Origin: Octopus sinensis
Lineage: Eukaryota
DNA: 64,000 nucleotides
Direction: 5' to 3'
Assembly (NCBI RefSeq): GCF_006345805.1
Contig: NC_043022.1
Location: 21,576,001-21,640,000, forward strand
This document shows, piece after piece, positions 1-13,029 of this stretch. The notes under the pieces are model-generated. The model ran no database searches and was not told where the DNA came from. It worked only from the letters and a program-made list of their open reading frames with translations. Position 1 is the first letter of the stretch, and every line of letters begins with the position of its first letter. A program made the translations under genes and the position numbers.

Positions 1-3000
1 AAGTGGATCATTTAATTCCATAAACTGGGCCATTCAGCTCTATAAACTGGATTATTCAATTCCATAAACTGGGCCATTCAGCTCTATGAACTAGGTTATT
101 CAGTTAGATAAACTGGGCCATTCAGCTCTGTAAACTGGATTATTCAATTCCATAAACTGGGCCATTCAGCTCTATGAACTAGGTTATTCAGTTAGATAAA
201 CTGGGCCATTCAGCTCTATAAACTGGATTATTTAATTTCATAAACTGGACCATTCAGTTCTATAAACTGGATTATTTAATTTCATAAACTGGACCATTCA
301 GCTCTATAAACTGGATTATTTAATTCCATAAATGGGACATTCAGTTCTATAAACTGGATCATTTAATTCCATAAACTGGGCCATTCAGCTCTATGAACTA
401 GGTTATTCAGTTAGATAAACTGGGCCATTCAGCTCTATAAACTGGATTATTCAATTCCATAAACTGGGCCATTCAGCTCTATGAACTAGGTTATTCAGTT
501 AGATAAACTGGGCCATTCAGCTCTATAAACTGGATTATTTAATTTCATAAACTGGACCATTCAGCTCTATAAACTGGATTATTTAATTCCATAAATGGGA
601 CATTCAGTTCTATAATCTGGATTATTTAATTCCATAAACTGGGCCATTCACCTCTATAAACTGGATTATTCAATTCCATAAACTGGGCCATTCAGCTCTA
701 TGAACTAGGTTATTCAGTTAGATAAACTGGGCCATTCAGCTCTATAGCTCTATGAACTAGGTTATTCAGTTAGATAAACTGGGCCATTCAGCTCTATAAA
801 CTGGATTATTTAATTTCATAAACTGGACCATTCAGTTCTATAAACTGGATTATTTAATTTCATAAACTGGACCATTCAGCTCTATAAACTGGATTATTTA
901 ATTCCATAAATGGGACATTCAGTTCTATAAACTGGATCATTTAATTCCATAAACTGGGTCATTCAACTCTATAAACTGGATTATTTAATTCCATAAATGG
1001 GACATTCAGTTCTATAAACTGGATCATTTAATTCCATAAACTGGGCCATTCAGCTCTATGAACTAGGTTATTCAGTTAGATAAACTGGGCTATTCAGTTC
1101 TATAATCTGGATTATTTAATTCCATAAACTGGGCAATTCAGCTCTATAAACTGGATTATTTAATTCCATAATTGGGACATTCAGTTCTATAAACTGCATC
1201 ATTAGCTCTATAAACTGGGCCATTCAGCTCTATAAACTGGATTATTTAATTCCATAAATGGGACATTCAGTTCTAGAAACTGGATTATTCAATTCCATAA
1301 ACTGGGCCATTCAGCTCTATGAACTAGGTTATTCAGTTAGATAAACTGGGCCATTCAGCTCTATAAACTGGATTATTCAATTCCATAAACTGGGCCATAC
1401 AGCTCTATGAACTAGGTTATTCAGTTAGATAAACTGGGCCATTCAGCTCTATAAACTGGATTATTTAATTTCATAAACTGGACCATTCAGTTCTATAAAC
1501 TGGATTATTTAATTTCATAAACTGGACCATTCACCTCTATAAACTGGATTATTTAATTCCATAAATGGGACATTCAGTTCTATAATCTGGATTATTCAAT
1601 TCCATAAACTGGGCCATTCAGCTCTATGAACAAGGTTATTCAGTTAGATAAGCTGGGCCATTCAGCTCTATAAACTGGATTATTTAATTTCATAAACTGG
1701 ACCATTCAGTTCTATAAACTGGATTATTTAATTTCATAAACTGGACCATTCACCTCTATAAACTGGATTATTTAATTCCATAAATGGGACATTCAGTTCT
1801 ATAATCTGGATTATTCAATTCCATAAACTGGGCCATTCAGCTCTATGAACTAGGTTATTCAGTTAGATAAGCTGGGCCATTCAGCTCTATAAACTGGATT
1901 ATTTAATTCCATAAACTGGGCCATTCAGCTCTATGAACTAGGTTATTCAGTTAGATAAACTGGGCCATTCAGCTCTATGAACTGGATTATTTAATTTCAT
2001 AAACTGGACCATTCAGTTCTATAAACTGGATTATTTAATTTCATAAACTGGACCATTCAGCTCTATAAACTGGATTATTTAATTCCATAAATGGGACATT
2101 CAGTTCTATAAACTGGATCATTAATTCTATAAACTGGGCCATTCAGCTCTATAAACTGGATTATTTAATTCCATAAATGGGACATTCAGTTCTATAATCT
2201 GGATTATTCAATTCCATAAACTGGGCCATTCAGCTCTATGAACTAGGTTATTCAGTTAGATAAACTGGGCCATTCAGCTCTATAAACTGGATTATTCAAT
2301 TCCATAAACTGGGCCATTCAGCTCTATGAACTAGGTTATTCAGTTAGATAAACTGGGCCATTCAGCTCTATAAACTGGATTATTCAATTCCATAAACTGG
2401 GCCATTCAGCTCTATAAACTGGATTATTTAATTTCATAAACTGGACCATTCAGTTCTATAAACTGGATTATTCAATTCCATAAACTGGGCCATTCAACTC
2501 TATAAACTGGATTATTTAATTCTATAAATGGGACATTCAGTTCTATAAACTGGATCATTTAATTCCATAAACTGGGCCATTCAGCTCTATGAACTAGGTT
2601 ATTCAGTTAGATAAACTGGGCTATTCAGTTCTATAATCTGGATTATTTAATTCCATAAACTGGGCCATTCAGCTCTATAAACTGGATTATTTAATTCCAT
2701 AAATGGGACATTCAGTTCTATAAACTGGATCGTTAACTCTATAAACTGGGCCATTCAGCTCTATAAACTGGATTATTTAATTCCATAAATGGGACATTCA
2801 GTTCTATAATCTGGATTATTTAATTCCATAAACTGGGCCATTCAGCTCTATAAACTGGATTATTCAATTCCATAAACTGGGCCATTCAGCTCTATGAACT
2901 AGGTTATTCAGTTAGATAAACTGGGCCATTCAGCTCTATAAACTGGATTATTCAATTCCATAAACTGGGCCATTCAGCTCTATGAACTAGGTTATTCAGT

Positions 3001-5651
3001 TAGATAAACTGGGCCATTCAGCTCTATAAACTGGATTCTTTAATTTCATAAACTGGACCATTCAGTTCTATAAACTGGATTATTTAATTTCATAAACTGG
3101 ACCATTCACCTCTATAACTGGATTATTTAATTCCATAAATGGGACATTCAGTTCTATAATCTGGATTATTCAATTCCATAAACTGGGCCATTCAGCTCTA
3201 TGAACTAGGTTATTCAGTTAGATAAGCTGGGCCATTCAGCTCTATAAACTGGATTATTCAATTCCATAAACTGGGCCATTCAGCTCTATGAACTAGGTTA
3301 TTCAGTTAGATAAACTGGGCCATTCAGCTCTATAAACTGGATTATTTAATTTCATAAACTGGACCATTCAGTTCTATAAACTGGATTATTTAATTTCATA
3401 AACTGGACCATTCAGCTCTATAAACTGGATTATTTAATTCCATAAATGGGACATTCAGTTCTATAAACTGGATCATTTAATTCCATAAACTGGGTCATTC
3501 AACTCTATAAACTGGATTATTTAATTCCATAAATGGGACATTCAGTTCTATAAACTGGATCATTTAATTCCATAAACTGGGCCATTCAGCTCTATGAACT
3601 AGGTTATTCAGTTAGATAAACTGGGCTATTCAGTTCTATAATCTGGATTATTTAATTCCATAAACTGGGTAATTCAGCTCTATAAACTGACTGGATTATT
3701 TAATTCCATAATTGGGACATTCAGTTCTATAAACTGCATCATTAGCTCTATAAACTGGGCCATTCAGCTCTATAACTGGATTATTTAATTCCATAAATGG
3801 GACATTCAGTTCTATAATCTGGATTATTTAATTCCATAAACTGGGCCATTCAGCTCTATAAACTGGATTATTCATTCCATAAAACTGGCCATTCAGCTCT
3901 ATGAACTAGGTTATTCAGTTAGATAAACTGGGCCATTCAGCTCTATAAACTGGATTATTCAATTCCATAAACTGGGCCATTCAGCTCTATGACTAGGTTA
4001 TTCAGTTAGATAAACTGGGCCATTCAGCTCTATAAACTGGATTATTTAATTTCATAAACTGGACCATTCAGTTCTATAAACTGGATTATTTAATTTCATA
4101 AACTGGACCATTCACCTCTATAAACTGGATTATTTAATTCCATAAATGGGACATTCAGTTCTATAATCTGGATTATTCAATTCCATAAACTGGGCCATTC
4201 AGCTCTATGAACTAGGTTATTCAGTTAGATAAGCTGGGCCATTCAGCTCTATAAACTGGATTATTCAATTCCATAAACTGGGCCATTCAGCTCTATGAAC
4301 TAGGTTATTCAGTTAGATAAACTGGGCCATTCAGCTCTATAAACTGGATTATTTAATTTCATAAACTGGACCATTCAGTTCTATAAACTGGATTATTTAA
4401 TTTCATAAACTGGACCATTCAGCTCTATAAACTGGATTATTTAATTCCATAAATGGGACATTCAGTTCTATAAACTGGATCATTAATTCTATAAACTGGG
4501 CCATTCAGCTCTATAAACTGGATTATTTAATTCCATAAATGGGACATTCAGTTCTATAATCTGGATTATTCAATTCCATAAACTGGGCCATTCAGCGCTC
4601 TATGAACTAGGTTATTCAGTTAGATAAACGGGCCATTCAGCTCTATAAACTGGATTATTCAATTCCATAAACTGGGCCATCAGCTCTATGAACTAGGTTA
4701 TTCAGTTAGATAAACTGGGCCATTCAGCTCTATAAACTGGATTATTCAATTCCATAAACTGGGCCATTCAGCTCTATAAACTGGATTATTAATTTCATAA
4801 ACTGGACCATTCAGTTCTATAAACTGGATTATTTAATTTCATAAACTGGACCGTTCAGCTCTATAAACTGGATTATTTAATTCCATAAATGGGAAATTCA
4901 GTTCTATAAACTGGATTATTCAATTCCATAAACTGGGCCATTCAACTCTATAAACTGGATTATTTAATTCTATAAATGGGACATTCAGTTCTATAAACTG
5001 GATCATTTAATTCCATAAACTGGGCCATTCAGCTCTATGAACTAGGTTATTCAGTTAGATAAACTGGGCTATTCAGTTCTATAATCTGGATTATTTAATT
5101 CCATAAACTGGGCCATTCAGCTCTATAAACTGGATTATTTAATTCCATAAATGGGACATTCAGTTCTATAAACTGGATCATTAACTCTATAAACTGGGCC
5201 ATTCAGCTCTATAAACTGGATTATTTAATTCCATAAATGGGACATTCAGTTCTATAATCTGGATTATTTAATTCCATAACTGGGCCATTCAGCTCTATAA
5301 CTGGATTATTCAATTCCATAAACTGGCTGGCCATTCAGCTCTATGAATTAGGTTATTCAGTTAGATAAACTGGGCCATTCAGCTCTATAAACTGGATTAT
5401 TCAATTCCATAAACTGGGCCATTCAGCTCTATGAACTAGGTTATTCAGTTAATAACTGGGCCATTCAGCTCTATAACTGGATTATTTAATTTCATAAACT
5501 GGACCATTCAGCTCTATAAACTGATTATTCAATTCCATAAACTGGGCCATTCAGCTCTATGAACTAGGTTATTCAGTTAGATAACGTGGGCTATTCAGTT
5601 CTATAATCTGGATTATTTAATTCCATAAACTGGGCCATTTAGCTCTGTAAA
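1..5651. repeat. Tandem satellite array, 44-bp unit made of two related 22-bp halves; runs off the left edge
   Basis: Unit TATAAACTGGATTATTTAATTC+CATAAACTGGGCCATTCAGCTC with recurrent variants (TATGAACTAGGTTATTCAGTTA, CATAAATGGGACATTCAGTTC), about 128 units; no long ORF. Confidence 0.97.
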
Positions 5652-5820
5652 GTATGTAAAAGCACTTATTACACTCTTGGAATGGTTGGCATTAAGAAGG
5701 GCATCCAGCTGAAGAAACCATGCCATATCAGACTGGAGTCTGGTGCAGCCTTCTAACTTACTGGCCCTGTTCACAATCCATGCCAGCATGGACAACGGAC
5801 GCTAAATGATGATGATGATG
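5652..5820 (+). mobile_element. 3' part of SINE family D, (GAT)n tail
   Basis: GGTTGGCATTAAGAAGGGCATCCAGCTG...CATGCCAGCATGG...GATGATGATG, shared with copies at 13.6, 17.5, 38.9, 46 and 58 kb. Confidence 0.85.
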
Positions 5821-5837
5821 ACTGTTCTGTCACATAT

Positions 5838-6052
5838 GATTTCAAATTTTGGCACGAGGCCAGCAGTTTCAGGAGAGGTGTTAATTGATTGCATCTACCC
5901 CAATGCTCAACTGGTACTTATTTTACTGATTCCAAAAGAATGAACGGCTAAGTTGACCTTGGCAGGATTTGAACTCAGAATGTAAAGACAAACGAGATGC
6001 TATTAAGCATTTCGCCTGGTGTACTAACAATTCTGCCAGCTCACCGCATAAC
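5838..6052 (-). mobile_element. Decayed SINE family B copy with 12-bp target-site duplication
   Basis: Reverse-complement similarity to the family B head and core; TCTGTCACATAT at 5826-5837 and 6053-6064. Confidence 0.75.
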
Positions 6053-6064
6053 TCTGTCACATAT

Positions 6065-6450
6065 ACTCCTTTACTTGTTTCAGTCATTTGACTGCGGTCA
6101 TGCTGGAGCACCGCCTTTAGTCGAGCAAATCGACCCCAGGACTTATTATTTGTAAGCCCAGTACTTATTCTATCAGTCTCTTTTGCCGAACCGCTAAGTG
6201 ACGGGGACGTAAACACACCAGCATCGGTTGTCAAGCAATGCTAGACACACAAACCCACACACACATACATATATATATACATATATACGACAGGCTTCTT
6301 TCAGTTTCCGTCTACCAAATCCACTCACAAGGCATTGGTCGGCCCGGGGCTATAGCAGAAGACACTTGCCCAAGATGCCACACAGTGGGGCTGAACCCAG
6401 AACCATGTGGTTGGTTAGCAAGCTACCTACCACACAGCCACTCCTGCGCC
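6065..6450 (-). mobile_element. Full-length tRNA-derived SINE family A
   Basis: Minus-strand head GGCGCAGGAGTGGCTGTGTGG with A/B-box-like motifs, internal (TA)/(CA) tract, tail GAAACAAGTAAA. Confidence 0.92.
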
Positions 6451-6452
6451 TA

Positions 6453-6643
6453 TGATGCTTATCTATTCACATTGTTTTGAATTAATCATACATTATCTTG
6501 CAGCTTTGAGATTTCAATGATGTAATTGTTTATTTTTAGATTGGCATTGTAGGGTAGGTGTGAGAGGCTGAATCTAGCTGATTTGAACATAAAACAGGAA
6601 GATATTGAGCTGGAAATGCCCAGCTTAAATGCTAAAAGGTTAA
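6453..6643. mobile_element. Truncated piggyBac-type MITE (family P1)
   Basis: Internal TTCACATTGTTTTGAATTAATCATACATTATC shared with other copies; ends GCTAAAAGG-TTAA. Confidence 0.8.
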
Positions 6644-6786
6644 AATTGTAAACCAGACTATTCAGTTATGTAAGCTAAGCCACTGCTCTGAAAAAACTGA
6701 GCCAATGTAAACACTGAGCCACTTAGCTTAGTGAACTGGGCCTTTGATTCTAACATTCTTCAATGGATTCAACAAATTTACTGAGT

Positions 6787-7013
6787 CAATACAGCTTTCT
6801 TTCTTTCTTTCTTTCTTTTACTTGTTTCAGTCATTTGACTGTGGCCATGCTGGAGTACAGCCTTTAGTCGAGCAAATCGACCCCAGGACTTATTCTTTGG
6901 AAGCCTAGTACTTATTCTATTGGTCTCTTTTGCCGAACCGCTAAGTTACGGGGACGTAAACATACCAGCATAGGTTGCCAAGCAATGTTGGGAGGACAAA
7001 CACAGACACACAA

Positions 7014-7061
<48 letters not shown>

Positions 7062-7194
7062 ATCCATTCACAAGGTTTTGGTCGACCCGAGGCTATAGTA
7101 GAAGACACCTGCCCAAGGTGCCACGCAGTGGGCCTGAACCCCGGGACCATGTGGTTGGTAAGCAAGCAACTTACCACACAGCCACTCCTATGCC
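6787..7194 (-). mobile_element. SINE family A with (TTTC)n-expanded tail
   Basis: Matches family A end to end. Confidence 0.92.
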
Positions 7195-7599
7195 TATGTC
7201 TTTCATTCTGATGAAATCTTTCCTTAAAATTTGAAGCAAGTTTTAAAAAGGGAGAAGAATAGCTTAATTGACAAAGAAGTAAGTGAGTAGACAAAGAAAA
7301 TTAAAGGCACTATCTTGTAAGTAAAATGCATTAACAAAAGGAAACCAAGAAAGTTTTTTTTTAAATTTTATCTGTTTTATTGTTGTTGTTGTAGTTGTTT
7401 AAAATTCAATCATAATTTTACATGAAATGTGACAGCAAATGTATTATAGTAAATACATCATATTATACATAAAGAAAGATAAAGAGGAAATAGAGTATGT
7501 GAAATACACTTTTAATATCAGTTTATTTAGGGTAAGACATACAACAAGCAAACAATCAACTGATGTATTAGAAATTGAGAGGAGGGAGAGAGGAAACAA

Positions 7600-8060
7600 G
7601 GGGGTAGAGAGAGAGATGAAAAATATACAGAGGAGGGGGGAGATGGGGGGAGAAGGGAGGAGGTAGGGTGGGGCAGAGGTGGGTAGGGAGAGGGTGGCGG
7701 GGAGAGTGGTACAGGCAGGGAGGGGTGTGGTATGGGGGGGTAGGGGAGGGAGAGAGGTGGTACGGGAGGGAGGGAGAGAGGTGGTACAGGAGGGAAGGAG
7801 ACAGGTGGTACGGGAGGGAGGGAGACAGGTGGTACGGGAGGGAGGGAGAGAGGTGGTACGGGAGGGAGAGAAAGAGGAGAGATGGTGAAAAAAAGAGAGA
7901 CGGTGAAAGAAGGAGAGACGGTGAAAGAGGGAGAGACGGTGAAAGAAGGAGAGACGGTGAAAGAGGGAGAGATGGTGAAAGAAGGAGAGATGGTGAAAGA
8001 GGGAGAGAAAGAGGGAGAGGAGGGAGAGGAAAAAAAGGAGAAGGGAGAGATGAAAAATTT
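7600..8060. repeat. G-rich tract with adjacent 24-bp (x5) and 18-bp (x7) minisatellites
   Basis: GGGAGGGAGGGAGAGAGGTGGTAC period 24 at ~7744-7866; GAGAGACGGTGAAAGARG period 18 at ~7875-8005. Confidence 0.9.
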
Positions 8061-9223
8061 TACCGCAAATGATAGTTGCTTTGTGGATGGCAAATTGTAA
8101 CCAGGAACACAGAGAGAGAGAGACAGAAAAGGAAAGAGGAAGGAAAGTAAAGAAAGACCAAAGTATATATAATTTTGACTAAATATAACATGAATCAATT
8201 GTCTATGTAAATTTGGAGCAAATTATTTCAGAGGAAGCTAGAAACATTTAATATTTTGGAATCTCTAAGATTTCATTTTTGCTTTATGTACATTTAAATG
8301 AATTTTGCATTGCAGGTTTATAAAAGGAGAATATCAAAAATTTTTAAATTCTAAAAATAAGAGGGAGAAAAAAGAAACACAAAGACAGAAAAGACCTAAA
8401 TATTTACATTTGAAATATTGCAGTGCTTGCATGTGTGCACATGTGCACGTGTGCTCATGTGCATACATACATGGATTACACACATACAGTAATGGTGTTG
8501 AAGTTAGCTATGTTGGCATGAAGTTCTATTCATCTTTCTGTAATGAATACTGTCTCCAAGAACATTTGTCATTGATACAAGCCAAATACAAAATTGATTT
8601 TCTTCTTTGAATTGAACCAAAATTGGTATGAATTCTATAAAAAAAAAAGGGCTAGGCAAGATACCTCAATAGGTTTACATGAAAAGGATGAAGAATAACT
8701 GGGATCTAAAATATCCCATCTCCTTCGACTTCAGGACTCTCCAGAAAAAATATATTAACAGACACAGGAAAAATACTGGACAATTAAACACTATCATTAA
8801 GTGCAAAGTGAATAATAAATTCTTGGACCTCAAGCAGCAACTTTATGAAAGACTAGAACCTTCCCTGAGTACTGAAAAACCTTCATGCCAAATTTGGTAC
8901 AGATTTATCCAGCGGTTTGGTCATGCATAGTTCTTATCTCATTTTTATTTGTTCTCATAAGTGCACTGAGCTACATAACAACAGATCACCAGAGAAACCT
9001 GGAAATGCTTGGATTTTCCAAAAACGAACAAAGCAGACTGATTCCCATTCTCCAGATACTATCAATAAGAGAAACTGAAAATTTCTAAAACATTACAGGG
9101 ATTCTCCATTTGAGGTTCCTTCTTGAATCATGCAAAATACAACATACATTTATGTTCTGCTGTGATATGCACATCTATGATGTGCATGTTTATACATGTG
9201 CATGCAACATGCACACATACACA

Positions 9224-9637
9224 GGTGCAGGAGTGGCTGTGTGGTAAGTAGCTTGCTTACCAACCACATGGTTCTAGGTTCAGTCCCACTGCGTGGCACC
9301 TTGAGCAAGTCTCTTCTACTATAGCCTCGGGCTGAATAAAGCCTTGTGAGTGGATTTGGTAGACGGAAACTGAAAGAAGACCGTCGTATATATCTATATG
9401 TGTTTATGTATATATGTATATGTGTGTCTGTGTCTGTGTTTGTCCCCCCCCCAACATCGCTTGACAACCGATGCTGGTGTCTTTACGTCCCCGTAACTTA
9501 GCAGTTCAGCAAAAAGGGACCGATATAATAAGTACTAGGCTTCCAAAGAATAAGTCCTGGGGTCAATTTGTTCGAACATAGGCAGTGCTCCAGCATGGCC
9601 ACAGTCAAATGACTGAAACAAGTAAAAGAGTAAAGAG
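9224..9637 (+). mobile_element. Full-length SINE family A
   Basis: GGTGCAGGAGTGGCTGTGTGG...GAAACAAGTAAAAGAGTAAAGAG. Confidence 0.93.
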
Positions 9638-10357
9638 TATACACACATACATCAACCAATTTAAGTAATTACCAACTAACTGCACGATGTGCATTGACTT
9701 TACCCTTTACTCTTCAAATATAATGCTTATTTAGTGATAGAATGGCACTGCAGGGTAAGTATGAGAGGCTTGATCTGACCACTTTGAACATAAAACAGGT
9801 GGAGTATGGCAAGTTTAAACAAATCAGGCTTGCCCTTTATTAGTGGCTGGCTTGAATTCTGCAAAGGGAAAAGCTTAAAATAAAACCTAAAGAACATCTA
9901 CCCACACACACACTCATGATATAAGTAAGTTTAGTGCACATATATTTTGTATGAAGTATTTAGGTTTTTGGTAACTAGCGCCTAACAGCAAAATACTAAA
10001 ACCCAAACCATCTAGTAAGTAATCGTTCTATGTCTTGAAGGAAAACTGTCACAAAAAATATATTTGCTCAAATATATATATTTGAGAAAATTTATTTATT
10101 GAATATATCCAGAAGTTATCCTACCCCAAACACCTACATACTCACATACATAAAATACACAAACACCAAAAATCAATAGAAAACTTTCAGAAAAGATTAT
10201 ATGATTTAATGAAACTGAATTTCATTAACAAACTAAAGTAACTGTCATTGAGGTGTTACATTGTCTGTACTCTTTAGAGGAAACAACGTGCTTATTTCCT
10301 CAAAAATTTCTGGGTAAAACAAATGTAAAATATTGATTTAAGATTAATTACTTATAG

Positions 10358-11150
10358 GGACACTATTTTCTGTTATGCAACCATAATATATTACAAAGTA
10401 TATTAAACACTCCTATAAGTTAATGTCGTGTTCTACTGTGTTAGCAGTGTTATTAAATCAGTTATTAGGGTTATCTCTCCAGAATTTTCTATAGAAATTA
10501 TACCCAGCACTCATTTGTTAAGACACTCGCATTGTTGTTTACATTAGATGTATTCAGATACAAAACACCCTCACAAATCAGTGTTGGCTATAATTTCTAT
10601 AGAAAATCTGTACAGATAGGCGCAGGAGTGCAGGAGTGGCTGTATGGTAAGTAGCTTGCTTACCAACCACATGGTTCCGGGTTCAGTCCCACTGCATGGC
10701 ACCTTGGGCAAGTGTCTTCTGATATACCCTTGTGAGTGGATTTTGGTAGACGGAAACTGAAAGAAGCCCGTCGTATATATGTGTATATATATATATATAT
10801 ATGTGTGTGTGTATGTATGTGCTTGTGTATCTGTGTTTGTTCCCCCAGCATCGCTTGACAACCGATGCTGGTGTGTTTACGTCCCCGTAACTTAGTGGTT
10901 TGGCAAAATAGACCAATAGAATAAGTACTAGGCCTACAAAGAGTAAGTCTTAGGGTCGATTTGCTCGACTAAAGGCGGTACTCCAGCATGGCCACAGTCA
11001 AATGACTGAAACAAGTAAAAGAGTAAAAGATAACCTTAACAAGTGATTTAATACCACTTCTAACACAGTAGGACACAGTATTGACTTATGAAACCGTTTA
11101 ATATTCTTTGTAGTATATTATTATGGTTGCATAACGAAATATGGTGTACC
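10358..11150. repeat. Old foldback (long inverted repeat) element interrupted by a SINE
   Basis: Left arm 10358-10518 is the reverse complement of 10572-10618 joined to 11028-11150 (roughly 80 percent identical by eye). Confidence 0.75.
10619..11028 (+). mobile_element. SINE family A
   Basis: Full head and tail; short AGATA duplication on both flanks. Confidence 0.92.
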
Positions 11151-11247
11151 TGCAGGTCATTAATATGTATTACCAGCTGGCAAGAATGTGTTTAATATGT
11201 AAAATTGGTATATCCAATAATATTACCCTGCTATATTTAGTGGCTAT

Positions 11248-11476
11248 TTAACCCTTTAGCATTTATACCGGCCATATCCAGCCAAAAGTATTCTACCTGT
11301 TTTATGTTCAAACTTGCCAGATCTGGTCTCTCACATCAACCCTACAATATCATTTTAAAAATTAACAGCTACCTTATCAAAATCTCATAGCTACAAGATA
11401 ATGCATGTTTAGTTCAAAACAATGTGAATTAAAAGGCATTGATTTTGGCAGAATAATGTGAACACTAAAGGGTTAA
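11248..11476. mobile_element. piggyBac-type MITE P1
   Basis: TTAA-CCCTTTAGCATT...CACTAAAGGG-TTAA. Confidence 0.88.
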
Positions 11477-11554
11477 GCAATGAGTTCATGGATGATTAAT
11501 GGGTTGGATGAGGTGCTGATGAGGGAGCAAAAATTCCTGAAATATGGCATATAC

Positions 11555-11657
11555 ATCCATTATCAGTTTCTCCATCTTCAATTACATTGTTTCCATCTTC
11601 GTCACATTGTATACGAAATGTAACAAATTGGTGCTGGCTATGATTACTATGGAAAAT
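11555..11657 (-). CDS. Candidate internal exon, unknown protein (IFHSNHSQHQFVTFRIQCDEDGNNVIEDGETDNG)
   Basis: Open frame bounded by tag/GTATAT; acceptor is weak and overlaps a repeat-like motif also seen at 10.5 and 11.03 kb. Confidence 0.2.
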
Positions 11658-12417
11658 CTATAGCGATAACCTTAACATGTGACTGATTTAAGAAATTAAC
11701 CAAGGAAGAAAAAGATATAAAATGAGGTCTGTTCAGATTTACAGATGACTCAAAATCCGAAAAGGCAGGATGGTCATTGTTAGGATGTCCTTGTGTAGAA
11801 TCTGCTCAATCAAGGCTAATCTGAAGCTAAGCAACAACCAACTACACTACGAAACAGCTGTTATTCCACCTTCTGGGATTAGGTGTTATGAATTATTTCC
11901 TCTGTTCTGAAAGAACTAGTTTATCTCTCACAAGATAATTCATCAATTACTGGTACCTAATACCTAGTCTCATTAAAATCTTGGTAATTACTGGTTTATT
12001 TCATGCATTTATATTTATTGCTATAACACCAATGGTTCTGAACTTTTTGTAGCTTAGCATCTTTTACTCTTTTATAGAATGATACTTCACAATGCTCAGA
12101 ATGCTCCCTCCTTGCTTTCAAACAAAAAAGAAAAAGGGGGCACATCGGTTTATTATCTGTATCTTTTTTAAATGTCTCATTCAGTATGTGCTTCTTTTAG
12201 ATATTTACATGATCTAGTGCTGGATTTATTTGAACTTTCTATGAAAACGAGGTCTTACATAATGAAATTATTTAGAACCTTTGCACATCATCAATCATAC
12301 TTTCTGTTCACTGGCAGCACATCCTATTCTTGTTTTAATTTTGGCAAAGAATTTTTTTTTTTTTTTTTGGCAAACATATTTTTAAAAGATGCTTGAAATG
12401 TATGTATTGTAGCTGAT

Positions 12418-12616
12418 TTAACTCTTTGGCGTCCAGATTACTCCATTAAATGTAATGCTTATTCATTCATATTGTTTTGAATTAATCGTGCATTATCTGG
12501 TAACTTCAAGATTTCAAGGACGTGACAGTTTAGTTTTAGAATGACATTGTAGGGTAGGTGTAAGAGGCCAGAACAAGTTAGGACAGATATGGCCAGCTTA
12601 AATGCTAGGGCGTTAG
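12418..12616. mobile_element. Degenerate MITE P1
   Basis: TTAACTCTTTGGCGTCCAGATTACTC... internal match to P1. Confidence 0.75.
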
Positions 12617-12755
12617 ATATTTTAACTTCTAAGAAAAATTATGACCTCCTCAACATCCAGTGCCCCAACAGCAGCCTTCTGATATTTGCTGGAGGTGGAG
12701 GTACTACCACTCAGGTTTAGACAGCTGCTATAATGGATTTGGCTAATCTACATAT

Positions 12756-12967
12756 CTCTTTACTCTTTTACTTGTTTCAGTCATCTCACTGCGGCCATGC
12801 TGGAGCACCGCCGTTAATCGAGCAACTCGACCCCGGGACTTATTCTTTGTAAGCCCAGTACTTATTCTATCGGTCTCTTTTGCCGAACCGCTAAGTGACA
12901 GGGACGTAAACACACCAGCATCAGTTGTCAAGCAATGCTAGAGGGACAAACACAGACACACAAACAT

Positions 12968-13029
<62 letters not shown>

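Noticed and set aside
3100-5600. Single-base deletions in satellite units (TATAACTGG, TATGACTAGG) as real variants
   Set aside because: Sporadic homopolymer-type losses may be long-read consensus errors; not used as higher-order-repeat markers
1-5651. Regular repeat array as a CRISPR or as a repetitive coding region
   Set aside because: No unique spacers and eukaryotic context; the 44-bp period is not a multiple of 3 and stops occur as frames rotate
7527-8198. Longest ORFs (223, 134, 72 aa), Pro-rich or RDGE-rich
   Set aside because: Produced by 24-bp and 18-bp minisatellites, open in several frames on both strands
8885-9088. Myosin-like phrase LEMLGFSKNEQSRLIPILQILS
   Set aside because: Weak acceptor, the following HLGN motif is absent and a stop follows; probably chance
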